A DNA stretch of 64,000 nt from Eledone cirrhosa (taxonomy: Eukaryota). Shown one piece after another: positions 12,655 through 27,484 of the stretch. The stretch covers positions 32,860,001-32,924,000 of the forward strand of contig OZ024748.1 in the NCBI GenBank assembly GCA_964016885.1, written 5' to 3'. How positions within the stretch are numbered: position 1 is the stretch's first letter; each line of letters begins with the position of its first letter. A program made the position numbers and the translations under genes. Below the pieces are notes generated by a model. It was not told the origin of the DNA and searched no databases. It saw only the letters and a list, made by a program, of their open reading frames with translations.

Positions 12655-14784
12655 TTAATTAGGTTTATAATATTTAAATGTTTTTCTTAGTTTATGATTA
12701 CACGATATAATTAATTCCTGTCGTTTATTTAATAGGATATCCTTAGATTTCATTATTTCAAATAGTTCTTGGGAACATAATCTACATTCATTTCTATTAT
12801 TTTGATAAGGGGTGGCTCTTTTGAGCACACTCCAGGTCATATCATATTCTATATTCTTATTTTTATAACTATTGATTTTTTCTGCTAGAGATGTTGTATT
12901 AGCCAGTGCGGCATTTTTAAAACTATGTTTGTGGGTATTAAACCTTGCCTTAAAATTGTTAGAAGAAGCTCCTATATATGAACAAATAGAATCTTTAGTT
13001 TTAACATTACATTTATAAACTATGTTGTTAACAAGACAATTTCCTTTTAATGGGCAGTTTGCTTTGTTTCTACAGTTACAACCTTTCGTTAATTCTGTAT
13101 TTGAGGAGATATTATGGTTAGTTTGATGTATTGGTGGTATACTTATGGTATTCTTACATTTATATGCATTATAGGCACTTATATTTTGTTTTATGTTATT
13201 TGTTGTTGAGTATGAGAATTTAACTGTAGACCTATTTAAGATTTGATGGTATTTGTGGTTTGGCGGGAAGTTTTTCTCTAGGATATAAAAAATTTTTTTA
13301 GCAATATTATCCTTAATTTGTAAATTAAATGGAGCATTATACCAAGTAACCCGTCTATTACGGTTTCTATGTTGTTTATTATTTTTATAGGTTGTATCGT
13401 GATGTTTACTAGGAGGATTAATGTTAATGATCTCACCACGCACATTTTTAGTTATATTTGTAGGTTTAGGTGTTTTATCTTGTTTATTAGGAGTTTTATT
13501 ATTAACATTTATTAGAGTTGTATGATGAGTAGTTTTTTGAGAGTTACTATACTTTATATTAGAAGATTTGGTATTTTGGGGTATAGTGTGGGTGGCATTT
13601 AGGTGTGTACTTTTCATTTGGTGTTTGTTGGTAATATTAGGTTGTATGTTTTTAGTATTTTTAGTAGAAGGTATATATTCTAATCTATTTTTGTGGCCAC
13701 TTCTATCTAGAGCTTCGTTATAGAAGGTCGCATTTTTATCAAATACATCTTGGTTAGAAGAAAGGTTAGAAATTCTAAGTGATATATTATATGCAAGGTT
13801 TTTAAGGATAGATTTAGGGTGATTAGATTGTGAGTGTATGTAGTGTAAGTTTTGGTTGGGTTTATGGTAAGGTTGGTAGATACCCGTAGCTAAGTCTAAA
13901 GTTATATCTAGGAAATTTACTACTTTACTTGTTTTTTCAAAAGTAATATGAAGACAATAATAGTCTTTAAGGAAAGTTCTAATATGCTTTTTGTTTTTTT
14001 CTATTTCTGAAATGCTAAGGTTGTTGGAAAGAAGAAGACAGTCATCACGATATAAACCACCTTTAAGGTGGGGAAAGGAGGCATTTATGTTGAAAAGGAG
14101 AAAGAGGCCCACAAGATCAGTAATTTGGGCGGAATCGCTTGAACCCATAGTAATATCAAATAGATTACAATATGTGTTTCTGGTCCAGTATTCATTCTGA
14201 AATTCAATAAGTGTTAGTCTAGCATGTGTAATAATATTAATGTCATCCAAAGTTAAGTTAGATCTATTTTTAGCAAATATCAATGCTTTGTTCAGGAGTA
14301 TAGGTGATATAGAAGAATAGTAATTATCTATATCAAATTGTAGAAATGAAGCAGAAGATTTACATCTAATATTTTTAAACCAGTTAATTACCTGGGAAGT
14401 GTTTTCCCAGAGTGGTAAAATAACGTGTTTTCTTATTTGTGGGATGACTCTATCCAAAATTTTTTTGCTAATTATTCCAATATCAGATTTGGAGGGACAT
14501 ATAAGTCTTATAGAAGGATTTGAGTTAAAGTTAGATTCATGATCCTTCAGGTTGAAGTGTGGTCTTTTCAATGCCAAAGGTTCAGTTCTATCTTCAATGT
14601 TTAGTTTTTTTACTATGTTGTGTGTTTTGTTGTTGATATTGGTGAGTGACGCATTATTAGATTTTTTATAATTTTTCCTGAGTTCTTTATATATGAACTC
14701 ATTATAATCTTCAATATCCATGTGATACAAGTTACCAGTTTTGTCCGAGTGGACATGGATTTTTTTAGACTTTTTTAGGTCCAA
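12655..14784 (-). CDS. Penelope-like RT + GIY-YIG endonuclease (5'-truncated, Naiad-type)
   Basis: DKT motif, FDIDNYYSSI, MGSSDSAQITDLVG, GLYRDD catalytic motif, FLDITLDL, YHKPN, SNHP; then CNCRNKANCPLKGNCL, IVY...YIG, FKARFNTH, CRLCSQE, LNKRQELIISCNH. Clade assignment is from recalled motif patterns. Confidence 0.9.
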   Translation of the reverse strand: MDLKKSKKIHVHSDKTGNLYHMDIEDYNEFIYKELRKNYKKSNNASLTNINNKTHNIVKKLNIEDRTEPLALKRPHFNLKDHESNFNSNPSIRLICPSKSDIGIISKKILDRVIPQIRKHVILPLWENTSQVINWFKNIRCKSSASFLQFDIDNYYSSISPILLNKALIFAKNRSNLTLDDINIITHARLTLIEFQNEYWTRNTYCNLFDITMGSSDSAQITDLVGLFLLFNINASFPHLKGGLYRDDCLLLSNNLSISEIEKNKKHIRTFLKDYYCLHITFEKTSKVVNFLDITLDLATGIYQPYHKPNQNLHYIHSQSNHPKSILKNLAYNISLRISNLSSNQDVFDKNATFYNEALDRSGHKNRLEYIPSTKNTKNIQPNITNKHQMKSTHLNATHTIPQNTKSSNIKYSNSQKTTHHTTLINVNNKTPNKQDKTPKPTNITKNVRGEIININPPSKHHDTTYKNNKQHRNRNRRVTWYNAPFNLQIKDNIAKKIFYILEKNFPPNHKYHQILNRSTVKFSYSTTNNIKQNISAYNAYKCKNTISIPPIHQTNHNISSNTELTKGCNCRNKANCPLKGNCLVNNIVYKCNVKTKDSICSYIGASSNNFKARFNTHKHSFKNAALANTTSLAEKINSYKNKNIEYDMTWSVLKRATPYQNNRNECRLCSQELFEIMKSKDILLNKRQELIISCNHKLRKTFKYYKPN

Positions 14785-14910
14785 TAGGGTAGAATCAAGG
14801 TTTAATATTACTGGTTTAAAAATATTAGATGTAAATCTTCTGCTTCATTTCTACAATTTGATATAGATAATTACTATTCTTCTATATCACCTATACTCCT
14901 GAACAAAGCA

Positions 14911-16542
14911 TTGATATTTGCTAAAAATAGATCTAACTTAACTTTGGATGACATTAATATTATTACACATGCTAGACTAACACTTATTGAATTTCAGAAT
15001 GAATACTGGACCAGAAACACATATAGTAATCTATTTGATATTACTATGGGTTCAAGCGATTCCGCCCAAATTACTGATCTTGTGGGCCTCTTTCTCCTTT
15101 TCAACATAAATGCCTCCTTTCCCCACCTTAAAGGTGGTTTATATCGTGATGACTGTCTTCTTCTTTCCAACAACCTTAGCATTTCAGAAATAGAAAAAAA
15201 CAAAAAGCATATTAGAACTTTCCTTAAAGACTATTATAGTCTTCATATTACTTTTGAAAAAACAAGTAAAGTAGTAAATTTCCTAGATATAACTTTAGAC
15301 TTAGCTACGGGTATCTACCAACCTTACCATAAACCCAACCAAAACTTACACTACATACACTCACAATCTAATCACCCTAAATCTATCCTTAAAAACCTTG
15401 CATATAATATATCACTTAGAATTTCTAACCTTTCTTCTAACCAAAATGTATTTGATAAAAATGCGACCTTCTATAACGAAGCTCTAGATAGAAGTGGCCA
15501 CAAAAATAGATTAGAATATATACCTTCTACTAAAAATACTATAAACATACAACCTAATATTACCAACAAACACCAAATGAAAAGTACACACCTAAATGCC
15601 ACCCACACTATACCCCAAAATACCAACAACTCTTCTAATATAAAATATAGTAACTCTCAAAAAACTACTCATCATACAACTCTAATAAATGTTAATAATA
15701 AAACTCCTAATAAACAAGATAAAACACCTAAATCTACAAATCTAACTAAAAATGTGCGTGGTGAGATCATTAACATTAATCCTCCTAGTAAACATCACGA
15801 TACAACCTATAAAAATAATAAACAACATAGAAACCGTAATAGACGGGTTACTTGGTATAATGCTCCATTTAATTTACAAATTAAGGATAATATTGCTAAA
15901 AAAAATGTTTATATCCTAGAGAAAAACTTCCCACCAAACCACAAATACCATCAAATCTTAAATAGGTCTACAGTTAAATTCTCATATTCAACAACAAATA
16001 ACATAAAACAAAATATAAGTGCCTATAATGCATATAAATGTAAGAATACCATAAGTATACCACCAATACATCAAACTAACCATACTATCTCCTCAAATAC
16101 AGAATTAACGAAAGGTTGTAACTGTAGAAACAAAGCAAACTGCCCATTAAAAGGAAATTGTCTTGTTAACAACATAGTTTATAAATGTAATGTTAAAACT
16201 AAAGATTCTATTTGTTCATATATAGGAGCTACTTCTAACAATTTTAAGGCAAGGTTTAATACCCACAAACATAGTTTTAAAAATGCCGCACTGGCTAATA
16301 CAACATCTCTAGCAGAAAAAATCAATAGTTATAAAAATAAGAATATAGAATATGATATGACCTGGAGTGTGCTCAAAAGAGCCACCCCTTATCAAAATAA
16401 TAGAAATGAATGTAGATTATGTTCCCAAGAACTATTTGAAATAATGAAATCTAAGGATATCCTATTAAATAAACGACAGGAATTAATTATATCGTGTAAT
16501 CATAAACTAAGAAAAACATTTAAATATTATAAACCTAATTAA
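14911..16542 (+). CDS. Second, more truncated inverted copy of the PLE RT + GIY-YIG ORF
   Basis: 543 aa, nearly identical to the C-terminal part of the 12655-14784 ORF (about 10 aa differences); frame is open from ~14810. Confidence 0.88.
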   Translation: MIFAKNRSNLTLDDINIITHARLTLIEFQNEYWTRNTYSNLFDITMGSSDSAQITDLVGLFLLFNINASFPHLKGGLYRDDCLLLSNNLSISEIEKNKKHIRTFLKDYYSLHITFEKTSKVVNFLDITLDLATGIYQPYHKPNQNLHYIHSQSNHPKSILKNLAYNISLRISNLSSNQNVFDKNATFYNEALDRSGHKNRLEYIPSTKNTINIQPNITNKHQMKSTHLNATHTIPQNTNNSSNIKYSNSQKTTHHTTLINVNNKTPNKQDKTPKSTNLTKNVRGEIININPPSKHHDTTYKNNKQHRNRNRRVTWYNAPFNLQIKDNIAKKNVYILEKNFPPNHKYHQILNRSTVKFSYSTTNNIKQNISAYNAYKCKNTISIPPIHQTNHTISSNTELTKGCNCRNKANCPLKGNCLVNNIVYKCNVKTKDSICSYIGATSNNFKARFNTHKHSFKNAALANTTSLAEKINSYKNKNIEYDMTWSVLKRATPYQNNRNECRLCSQELFEIMKSKDILLNKRQELIISCNHKLRKTFKYYKPN

Positions 16543-16549
16543 TAACATT

Positions 16550-17560
16550 ATTCTAGAAATTAATATATATTTTAATTTAAATGTTAGTTAACCTATAAAT
16601 TTAATTTAATTAAAATTCTACTACAGATGAGATTATAAAATATTGTGTAATCATAAATAGTGAAAAACTTTTAAATATTACTAATATATACTTCGTAAAT
16701 TAATTTATAGATTAATTTTAATTTATTTAACCTTTTATTAAAATTCCTTTACAGATAAAATATAACAAAATATCGTGTATTCAATGACAGAGAAATAATT
16801 TTTAGTATTATAGACCTAATTAATGTACATTTTAGAAATATATTTATAATTTGGTTTTAAATTTGGTTAACCTAAAAACTTAATTTAATTTGCTTAAAAT
16901 TAATATCCTAATACAGATGGATTGCAGAGTGTCATGTAATCATAGACTGAGATAGGTTTTGGATGTATACCTAGTTAATATATTCTTTGCAATTTTTGAA
17001 AAAATATGTATATGTATGTGTATATATGTGTATATATATACATATATATGTATATATATATATGTATATGTATATGTGTATGTATTAATTTTAATTTCTG
17101 TTTACCTATAATTATATTCTACTATGGATAAAATACAATATCTGTTTTAATTATTATAAACCTAATTAACATATACTATAGAAATTAATATATAATTTTT
17201 AATTTAATTAACCTATAATTTATATTCTACTACCGATGTAATACTTTATTTGTTTTTTCCCTATAACTAAATTCATTTCCTAATATTGATACCATAACGT
17301 TAATAATTTTAATTTAGTTATACTATAATTAATACTCTACTACTATTTAACTTCAAAATTCCGCTTCAAATATTATAAACCTAAGTAGTATACACCTTAG
17401 AAATCAATATATTAACTATCTTTAATTTAGTTAACCTATAATTAATGGTATACTTATATTGAAATGCATAATTTTGCCTTCTTTCTTACATTTCCTAATA
17501 CTGAAACTACTATGTAAACGCATATTATGATCTAAATGCAGATTAATATTCTATGTTTCT
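16550..17560 (+). repeat. Degenerate AT-rich tandem repeat in the PLE 3' UTR (mirror at ~11660-12650)
   Basis: Recurring blocks acctataa(t/a)t...ttctactac and attataaacctaa...ttagaaat at roughly 110-130 bp spacing. Confidence 0.55.
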
Positions 17561-17726
17561 TGAAACCTATATTTTCTATAATCCCCCCCCCTTCCCCCCC
17601 CTACTATTATTATTTGTATTTGTAAACGTGGATGTATGTATGTATATGTAGGTAGGTATGTATGTTTGGGTGTTTGTATGTGAGTATAAAAATACATATG
17701 TGCGCATGTAAATAAGGGTGTATGAT

Positions 17727-17799
<73 letters not shown>

Positions 17800-17983
17800 A
17801 TATATATGTGTGAGTATGTGTATCTATATATATATATGTATCTATGTATTTATGTGGGTATATGAGTGTATGTATATGTATGCACATGTATATGTCTATG
17901 TGTATATGTGTGTATGTGTATATATGTACGTATGTGCGCATGTATATGTGAGTGTGTGTGTATATATATGTATATGTGTGTGT

Positions 17984-18052
<69 letters not shown>

Positions 18053-18579
18053 TTTGTAGTTGATGTGTGTATGTGTATATATATATGTATGTATGTGTAT
18101 ATATATATATATGTGTATATATATATGTGTGTGTATGTGTATATATATATATATGTATGTGTATGTGTGTGCATATTTGTCTGACTGAGTGTATTAATTT
18201 ATTTATTTATTTATTTATTTTATTTCTTTATTTTTTTATATATATGTATATATATGTGTATATGTATGTAAGTATATATGTATATATGTGTATATATATG
18301 TATATATATATATATATATGTATGTATGTGTATATGTGTATGTGTGTGTATATATATGTATGTGTGTTTGCGTGTGTACGTGTGTATATATTTATATGTG
18401 TATATGTATCTCTATTTATATATGTATATATGTGTATGTATATCCCTTTATTTATGTATGTCTGAGTTGTGTGAGCGTGTGGTGGTGTTTGTATGTATAT
18501 ACGCATACATGGATGTGTATGTATGTGTATATATGAGTATATGTATGTGTGTATGTGTGTGTGAGTATATATGTGTGTA

Positions 18580-18638
<59 letters not shown>

Positions 18639-18720
18639 TATATGTGTGTGTATGTGTGCATATATATCTTTATATATGTGTATGTGTATGTGTGTGCATG
18701 TATGTGTGTGTATATATATA

Positions 18721-18845
<125 letters not shown>

Positions 18846-19170
18846 GTGGGTATGTATGTGTATGTGTGTATATACATGAGTGTGTTTATATATGTGTCTA
18901 GATATGTGTATATATATATATATATGTATATAAATATATGTATGTGTGTTGTGAATGTATGTATATATATATATATATGTTTGCGTGTATGTGTGTATAT
19001 ATATATATATATGTCTGTATGTGTGTATATGTCTATGTATTTATATGTGTATATGTATGTGTCTCTATATGTATGCGTGTGTGTATGTGTATGCGTATTT
19101 ATATGGTGTGTGTATGTATATGTATGTGTATGTATGTGTTTATGTATATGTGTATGTATGTGTATGTATA

Positions 19171-19215
<45 letters not shown>

Positions 19216-19254
19216 ATATGTATGTATATCGATGTATATTTTATATTTTACTTG

Positions 19255-19296
<42 letters not shown>

Positions 19297-19872
19297 TTCT
19301 TGATATATTTCTTTTTTATTTTTCTTTTCTTTTTATTTCTAAATTTATAGATACATTTATAAATAGGCAGCTTGCTGACACCGCTAAATACTGACCTCTC
19401 TTCCCCCCACCTCCTTTCTGTATCTGGATCTAAATATGTGTGGCAGTGTTTATGTGCGCGCATTAATGTCCATATGCTTATGATAATAGTATATACACAT
19501 ATATATGTGTGTGGGGGTGTGTGTATGTATGTTCGTGGTTGTGTGTATGTTTATGCGTATACGCGCGTGTGTGTGTGAATGTACGTATATGTGTGGGTAT
19601 ATGAATGTGTGTGTATATTTGTTTTTATACGTATTTTATCTGTAGATTATAAACATACAGAGACATTAGCCTTGAATTTTTGTATTTACATACATCTTTT
19701 TGGCATGCGTATGCATGTGAACATATATCTTTATGCATATCTGTGAACGAAGTTAATTACATATATACACACACCTAACTGTATAAACTTTTTGTATTTT
19801 CATTCGTCAATTTGAACTCTGTTCCCAAACAGACCTGTAATTTTGAATTGTTGTTATTATCAATAAATATAT

Positions 19873-20026
19873 TTCATTATTTCTGAAGACGGCATATATA
19901 TGTGTTGGTATGTATATTTAATTTTGATAGTTTGTATAATTTTGTATAATTTTGTACATAGATCTGTTGAATATGCATGCCAATTCTAACACATATATAT
20001 CCTAGAAACGATCGTTAAATAATGAA
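19873..20026 (+). ncRNA. Type I hammerhead ribozyme (right arm pLTR) with ~115-nt stem II
   Basis: ttcattattt CTGAAGA c gg catatatatgtgttgg ... ctaacacatatatat cc ta GAAA cgatcg TT aaataatgaa: 10-bp stem I, palindromic stem III. Confidence 0.88.
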
Positions 20027-20097
20027 CTTTTTTTGTTTAATATAAGGAACTGTTTCATTGTTTTATTCATTATTTTTTTAATATTTTATATATATAT

Positions 20098-20157
<60 letters not shown>

Positions 20158-20162
20158 CTATA

Positions 20163-20240
<78 letters not shown>

Positions 20241-20249
20241 CTATACATA

Positions 20250-20282
<33 letters not shown>

Positions 20283-20287
20283 TATAC

Positions 20288-20320
<33 letters not shown>

Positions 20321-20345
20321 CATCTATATATATATACATATATAC

Positions 20346-20392
<47 letters not shown>

Positions 20393-20635
20393 CATATGTA
20401 TATATATATATACATATGTATATATATATATACATATGTATATATATATGATAACATATGTATATATATAATATAGTATAATATAATATACTATATATAT
20501 ATATCATATATATATCATATATATATATATATATATATGTATATTATATACGTTAATTATTCGGGTTGATCAGAGGTAACCACAGTAAGTAAGGTACTCA
20601 ATACATTGCAGAGTATAAAAGTTTTAATATAGATG

Positions 20636-20676
20636 AGATTCTAACTGTTTCATTCTTTAGAAATCATCAGGAATCT
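20636..20676 (-). ncRNA. Hammerhead ribozyme, intact core with stem III deletion
   Basis: agattc CTGATGA t ttct aa agaa t GAAA cagt TA gaatct. Confidence 0.65.
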
Positions 20677-21373
20677 GGGTATCAACAAATAAGTATGGTA
20701 TTTATAGGTCTCTACAAGTGGTAGGAGAGGGTGGGGAGTGGGATGGGTGTAGGTCATTGGTTGATAGAAAAGGGAATTCATTAAAAGCTAATTCAACAAA
20801 GCTATAGTTTATTTTTTTTTTAGAGTAACAAAGGCAGAAAGAATTCTATAAACAGGTTCAGGATGGCATGCCACTCCTTATTATTAAGTTTCTCTTAAGC
20901 TAACAGGTGTCTATAAGATCAGTGGGGGTCAGTCATGGTAGATAGATTTAAAGGAAAGGAAAGGAAGATTCTTTAAAAGCTAAATTCTTTAAGGTTCTAC
21001 TAAGTGACAAAGGTTTAGGGAATTGTGTAGACAAATTCAAAATATTGAGTGCATATCTTACAATTATCTTCAAATTTCTCTTAAACTATTCAACTATATG
21101 CCAAAAATCAACAGACACATTCACAGAACACACTCACTCACACACTCGCGCGCACCCATACACATATACACATATATATACACACACACATATAACTATA
21201 TAGATATATAGATATATATATATACATACACACACATACATACACACATATGTATATATATATATATATACACACACATATATATATATAAACACACACA
21301 CACCCACATACACATATATACATATATACATATACACACACATATATATACACACATACACCATACATACATA

Positions 21374-22233
<860 letters not shown>

Positions 22234-22303
22234 GCACACACACATATACACACACATACATATATAAATATATATATATACACATACATATACACATATA
22301 CAC

Positions 22304-22335
<32 letters not shown>

Positions 22336-22357
22336 GCGCACATATACACACACATAC

Positions 22358-22443
<86 letters not shown>

Positions 22444-22557
22444 ATACATATATATATATATACATATATATATAGACATATACACACATATATATATATA
22501 TATATACACACACATATACATACACACATACACATATACATATATATATACATATAT

Positions 22558-22590
<33 letters not shown>

Positions 22591-22595
<5 letters not shown>

Positions 22596-22772
22596 AAAAA
22601 GAGATGAAATCGAAAATGCAACTGAAGTCTTATTTTTTTTAAAAATATATATATTTATTTGGTTCCTTAGACATCAGTTGCATTTTCGATTTCATCTCTT
22701 TTTCTTTATACTTCCACTCGTGTAGGACACCTCGGTTATTTTTCATTTTGTAAAAAAAACCTCACTTTCTAA
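22591..22772. repeat. Short foldback (22591-22630 / 22669-22709) plus ~60 bp tail in (TA)n
   Basis: aaagaaaaagagatgaaatcgaaaatgcaactga / tcagttgcattttcgatttcatctctttttcttt. Confidence 0.85.
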
Positions 22773-22843
22773 TATATATATATATATATATACATATATA
22801 CACATACATACATATATATACACACACACACACACATATATAT

Positions 22844-22878
<35 letters not shown>

Positions 22879-23206
22879 CATATAGACACACACATATATA
22901 TATATATACACATACATATACATATATATATATATTTACATATACATACACATACATACATATACATATACATATATACACACAAATATACAGACACATA
23001 CGTACAGACATACACACATACGTATACATAAATAAATATATATATATATATATATATAGGAACAAGTAAGACCCCGACAGCTGAGCTCAAGCCGTTTCGA
23101 CGGCTAATTCTGGACTTACTGGTTCCTATTACCCACTCTACTACCCAAAGTATTGAGTACTTTGGTGCGTTATGGTCCACCTGGTTCCTTACCACATTTC
23201 CTTCGT

Positions 23207-23237
<31 letters not shown>

Positions 23238-23383
23238 GCACACATATATATATGCACGTATCAGTTTACCGAACATTTATTATAATGTTGGCTTTGTTCG
23301 TTTGTAAACAAACGAACAGCCTGATTTACACCGTACAGTGTTTAGGCAACCACGTCACCTTTTTGTTCAACACTGACACAGGA

Positions 23384-23426
23384 ACGATGTACTAGTTTCA
23401 AGCTTGTTAGCTATCGTCAGCACCGT
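23384..23426 (-). ncRNA. Minimal type I hammerhead ribozyme (mirror copy)
   Basis: Reverse complement of 23718-23760. Confidence 0.88.
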
Positions 23427-23717
23427 ATACCTTTCTGCCAGATGGTTGAACGTCTGAAAGTATATACTTTCCTTATGAAAATTAACGACTGAGCAGCCTA
23501 ATTTGCATATCGAGTGAGTTCAGTCGGCCAGGCGCACAGAAAACGATAAATGGAATAAGAGTGAGAAATGAAATTTCGTTTCATTCTATTCCATTTATCG
23601 TTTTCGATGCGCCTGGCCGACTGAACTCACTCGATATGCAAATTAGGCTGCTCAGCCGTTAATTTTCATAAGGAAAGTATATACTTTCGGACGTTCAACC
23701 ATCTGGCAGAAAGGTAT

Positions 23718-23760
23718 ACGGTGCTGACGATAGCTAACAAGCTTGAAACTAGTACATCGT
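23718..23760 (+). ncRNA. Minimal type I hammerhead ribozyme
   Basis: acggtg CTGACGA t agct aaca agct t GAAA ctag TA catcgt; palindromic ACTAGT stem III. Confidence 0.88.
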
Positions 23761-23906
23761 TCCTGTGTCAGTGTTGAACAAAAAGGTGACGTGGTTGCCT
23801 AAACACTGTACGGCGTAAATCAGGCTGTTCGTTTGTTTACAAACGAACAAAGCGAACACTATAATAAATGTTCGGTAAACGGATATGTGCATATATATAT
23901 GTGTGC

Positions 23907-23960
<54 letters not shown>

Positions 23961-24072
23961 GCTACTGTACGTCTGTATACATATATGTATGTACGTATAC
24001 ATACATACTTACATTTAAGTAAGTGCCGTACTAAGAGTGAGAAATGAAATTTCGTTTCATTCTATTCCATTT

Positions 24073-24137
<65 letters not shown>

Positions 24138-24656
24138 GTGTGTGTGTATATATGTGTATGTGTGTGTGTTTATGGGTGCGTGCGAGTGTGTGAGTGAGTG
24201 TGTTTTGTGAATGTGTCTGTTGATTTTTGGCATATAGTTGAATAGTTTAAGAGAAATTTGAAGATAATTGTAAGATATGCACTCAATATTTTGAATTTGT
24301 CTACACAATTCTCTAAACCTTTGTCACTTAGTAGAACCTTAAAGAATTTAGCTTTTAAAGAATCTCCCTTTCCTTTAAATCTATCTACCATGACTGACCC
24401 CCACTGATCTTATAGACACCTGTTAGCTTAAGAGAAACTTAATAATAAGGAGTGGCATGCCATACTGAACTTGTTTATAGAATTCTTTCTGCCTTTGTTA
24501 CTCTAAAAATAAAAATAAAAATAAATGATAGCTTTGTAGAATTAGCTTTTAATGAATTCCCTTTTCTATCAATCAATGACCTACACCCATCCCACTCCCC
24601 ACCCTCTCCTACCACTTGTAGAGACCTATAAATACCATACTTATTTTTTGATACCC

Positions 24657-24707
24657 AGATTACTGATTATTTCTAAAGAATGAAACAGTTCTAGTCCTGT
24701 AGAATCT
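24657..24707 (+). ncRNA. Hammerhead ribozyme, mutated core with full stem III
   Basis: agatta CTGATTA t ttctaaagaa t GAAA cag ttctagtc ctg TA gaatct (G8 replaced by T). Confidence 0.55.
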
Positions 24708-24720
24708 CATCTATATTAAA

Positions 24721-24866
<146 letters not shown>

Positions 24867-24868
24867 TA

Positions 24869-24917
<49 letters not shown>

Positions 24918-24918
<1 letters not shown>

Positions 24919-26826
24919 AGATCAAAAGATGGTTAAAAGAGTTCCATGTATTTTATTATGCGCATTTCAAAAACAAATATCATCATGCAATATTTGTGTT
25001 TTCATCAGATAAAATAGGAAGACATGATATGAAGGTTAAAAAACACTTGTGAATAGTGCAGTTTTAAATCAACATATGAAAAGTAGCTTTAGATTGATGT
25101 GTGATATTGGGGGGGATGAAAAAGAGGAGGAGATGAGAGTAAAAAGTGGAGAGGGAGGAGTATAATGAGGAAGGATGAGATAGGAGGAGAGATGGGTGAT
25201 AGAGAGAGAGAGATAGCTTTTATAACTGAGAAAAATATATTGTTTTACATAGAGAGGTTGAAAAACCGTTGGAAGATAATGTATAAATTAAAAGAATTTG
25301 AAAATTAACGGAGAGAAAAATAATGTAAAGTTAAGGTTTGTATATTAAGGGTTTAATAATATGTGCGATGGAAAGAAAATGTTGATATGTATTATTAAAA
25401 AAACAAAAGTAATGTAAGTAAGGATATATTGTGAGATGAGCATGAATAAGTTAGATGAAAGGGAGAAAAAAATAATGAATTGAGGATGAATAATCTAACG
25501 TCAAAAAAATGTGTTTGTGTTTATGTTTACGAAGGATTTTTTCAAGGTGATATAAAGTAAGAGTATATTGTATTGTGTAATAATTGTTTCTATTTTAGGC
25601 ACAGTGAGAAAAGGTACAGATTAGGGGTTAGAAATTAAAAGAAAAAGAAAAGAAAAGGAAAAGGAAGAAAGGGAAGTGATAAATAGGAGTGATATAGAAT
25701 GAGTAACAAGTATTATATAATGTATAATAAATAACTTTGAAATAAGGTAGAAAGATGGGTATATTTTTAAAGAAGTATATATATAAATATGTGCCTTTGA
25801 GAAAAGGATTCTAAATTGATAAAGTATTGGATATTAGCTGTATACTTTATGGAATGTTCTGTGGAATTTATACAAGCAGAGAGAAAACAAGTCAGTGCGT
25901 CTATTTATTATAGAATCTAAATTAGATATAATGGTAAATTTTTCATTTAGACAGAGATTGCAAGTCTTGGATAGAGAACTGTTCAAGTAGGGAGAAGCAG
26001 AAGAAACTTTTTTCCAAGAGATGTTATATTTAATATTTTTGTCTTTCAAGGACCATATGAGTTCTGAGAGAACCGTGTTGGTTCTTTTAAGTTGGTATTT
26101 AAAAGACGAATGATGATTATAAAGACGAGCTTTAAAGGAGGTGGAAGTGGAGCCAAAATAGGTGAAGGAATTGGTGTCAGTTACAACTTTACATTCGTAG
26201 ATTAAGTTTTTATCAAGACAATGGTTGTTGAGAGGACATTTATTTTTAACAGGGCAATTGCAATTGCGATTAGAGTGACCTAGTGTTATCTATAGAAGGA
26301 ATTGGATTGGAGAAGTTATTTGCGATAGGAATAATAGTTTCTTGATTTAGAATGGGATTAAAAACATTTAGCGAAGTTGTGTTTGCCGTTGTATTTGGGT
26401 TTGCAGAAATTAGCCTAGAGTTTACAATGACGTCGGGAGTACTATTACTATTATTATGATATTCAGTGTTGGAAGGAAGAGATTTAGTATTTAGTATTTT
26501 ATTGTTGTGTTTAGAGATAATGTTGGAAATGTTGGAGGATGTCGAATAGGAAAATTTTATAGTGTGTTTGTTAAATATTTTACTATAGATATGTGAGGAA
26601 GGGAAGAATTTATTTAAGGCACTAAAGAATAATTTAGGAATATTATTATTAATAGAGATGGAGAAAGGAGCATTAAACCAGATTATGTTTTTGTATCTAG
26701 GTCTTTTATTAAAGTTATTGGAATGATCATCATTAATTATTCTACTGTAAGATCTTCTAGAATTTGTTTCTTTACTATATTTGATTTTATCAGGATAGCC
26801 GGCTTTAGAAAGCGTGTTATTATAGT
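24918..26826 (-). mobile_element. Second Naiad-type PLE family, 5'-truncated (linker + GIY-YIG + 3' UTR + hammerhead)
   Basis: ORF 26270-26848 (YNNTLSKAGY, IIWFNAPFS, TIKFSYS) frameshifts into CNCPVKNKCPLNNHCLDKNLIYEC...YFGSTSTSFKARLYNHHSSF...CNLCLNEK (ends 25834). Hammerhead at 24949-25016. Confidence 0.88.
24949..25016 (-). ncRNA. Type I hammerhead ribozyme
   Basis: tattttat CTGATGA aaac acaaatat...atatttgt tttt GAAA tgcgca TA ataaaata: 8-bp stem I, palindromic stem III. Confidence 0.88.
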
Positions 26827-26849
26827 ATATATATATATATATATACATA

Positions 26850-27420
26850 TTGATTCGGCTATGAGCATTAGATCATCTGCATAGAGAAGTTCCCATGGGC
26901 AGCCGGTCTTGAACTCCTCGTTATAGCTTGGAGGGCGATAATAAATAGGAGGGGGCTAAGGATTGAGCCCTGATGAACACCAACTTTTACGCTAAACTCT
27001 TCACTATATTCCGTTGTTAATTCTAACCTTGCTGACTGTTTCTTTATACATGGCTTGTATAGCTCTCACAAGCCACTCATCTACACCTAGTTTTCTAAGA
27101 GCCCACCAGATAATGAAGCAGGGGACTCTGTCAAAGGCATTCTCCAGGTCTACAAAAGCTAAGTAGAGGGGTTTACTTTTAGCTAGGTACTTCTCTTGTA
27201 GTTGTCGTACAATGAAAAGAGCGTCTGTGGTATTTTTACCTGACACAAACCCGAACTGGATTTCATCTAGATCAATTCGCTCTCTGATTAGTTGCGCTAT
27301 TACTTTTTCTGTGACCTTCATGACCTGGTCAATTCATTTAATGCCTCTATAGTTTCCCCTATCTAGGGCATTTCCTTTACCCTTGTAGCAGTTAATGATG
27401 ATGCTGCTACGCGAGTCCTA
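26850..27420 (-). mobile_element. RTE family A internal RT fragment
   Basis: ORF 27004-27321 (QFGFVSGKNTTDA, AFVDLENAFD), frameshifting into the GCPWELLYADD region. Confidence 0.9.
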
Positions 27421-27484
27421 TATATACACACACACACACACACTCATATATATATATATATATACACACATATATATATATACA

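Larger units (their letters stand above)
23235..23910. mobile_element. Near-perfect ~320 bp foldback with two hammerheads (PLE pLTR family, also at ~61900-62900)
   Basis: Arms 23235-23556 and 23588-23910; hammerheads at 23384-23426 (-) and 23718-23760 (+). Confidence 0.88.

Noticed and set aside
12655-16542. Selenoprotein-type Naiad (in-frame UGA plus SECIS)
   Set aside because: Both ORFs are open with ordinary Cys codons and end in TAA; I could not identify a SECIS.
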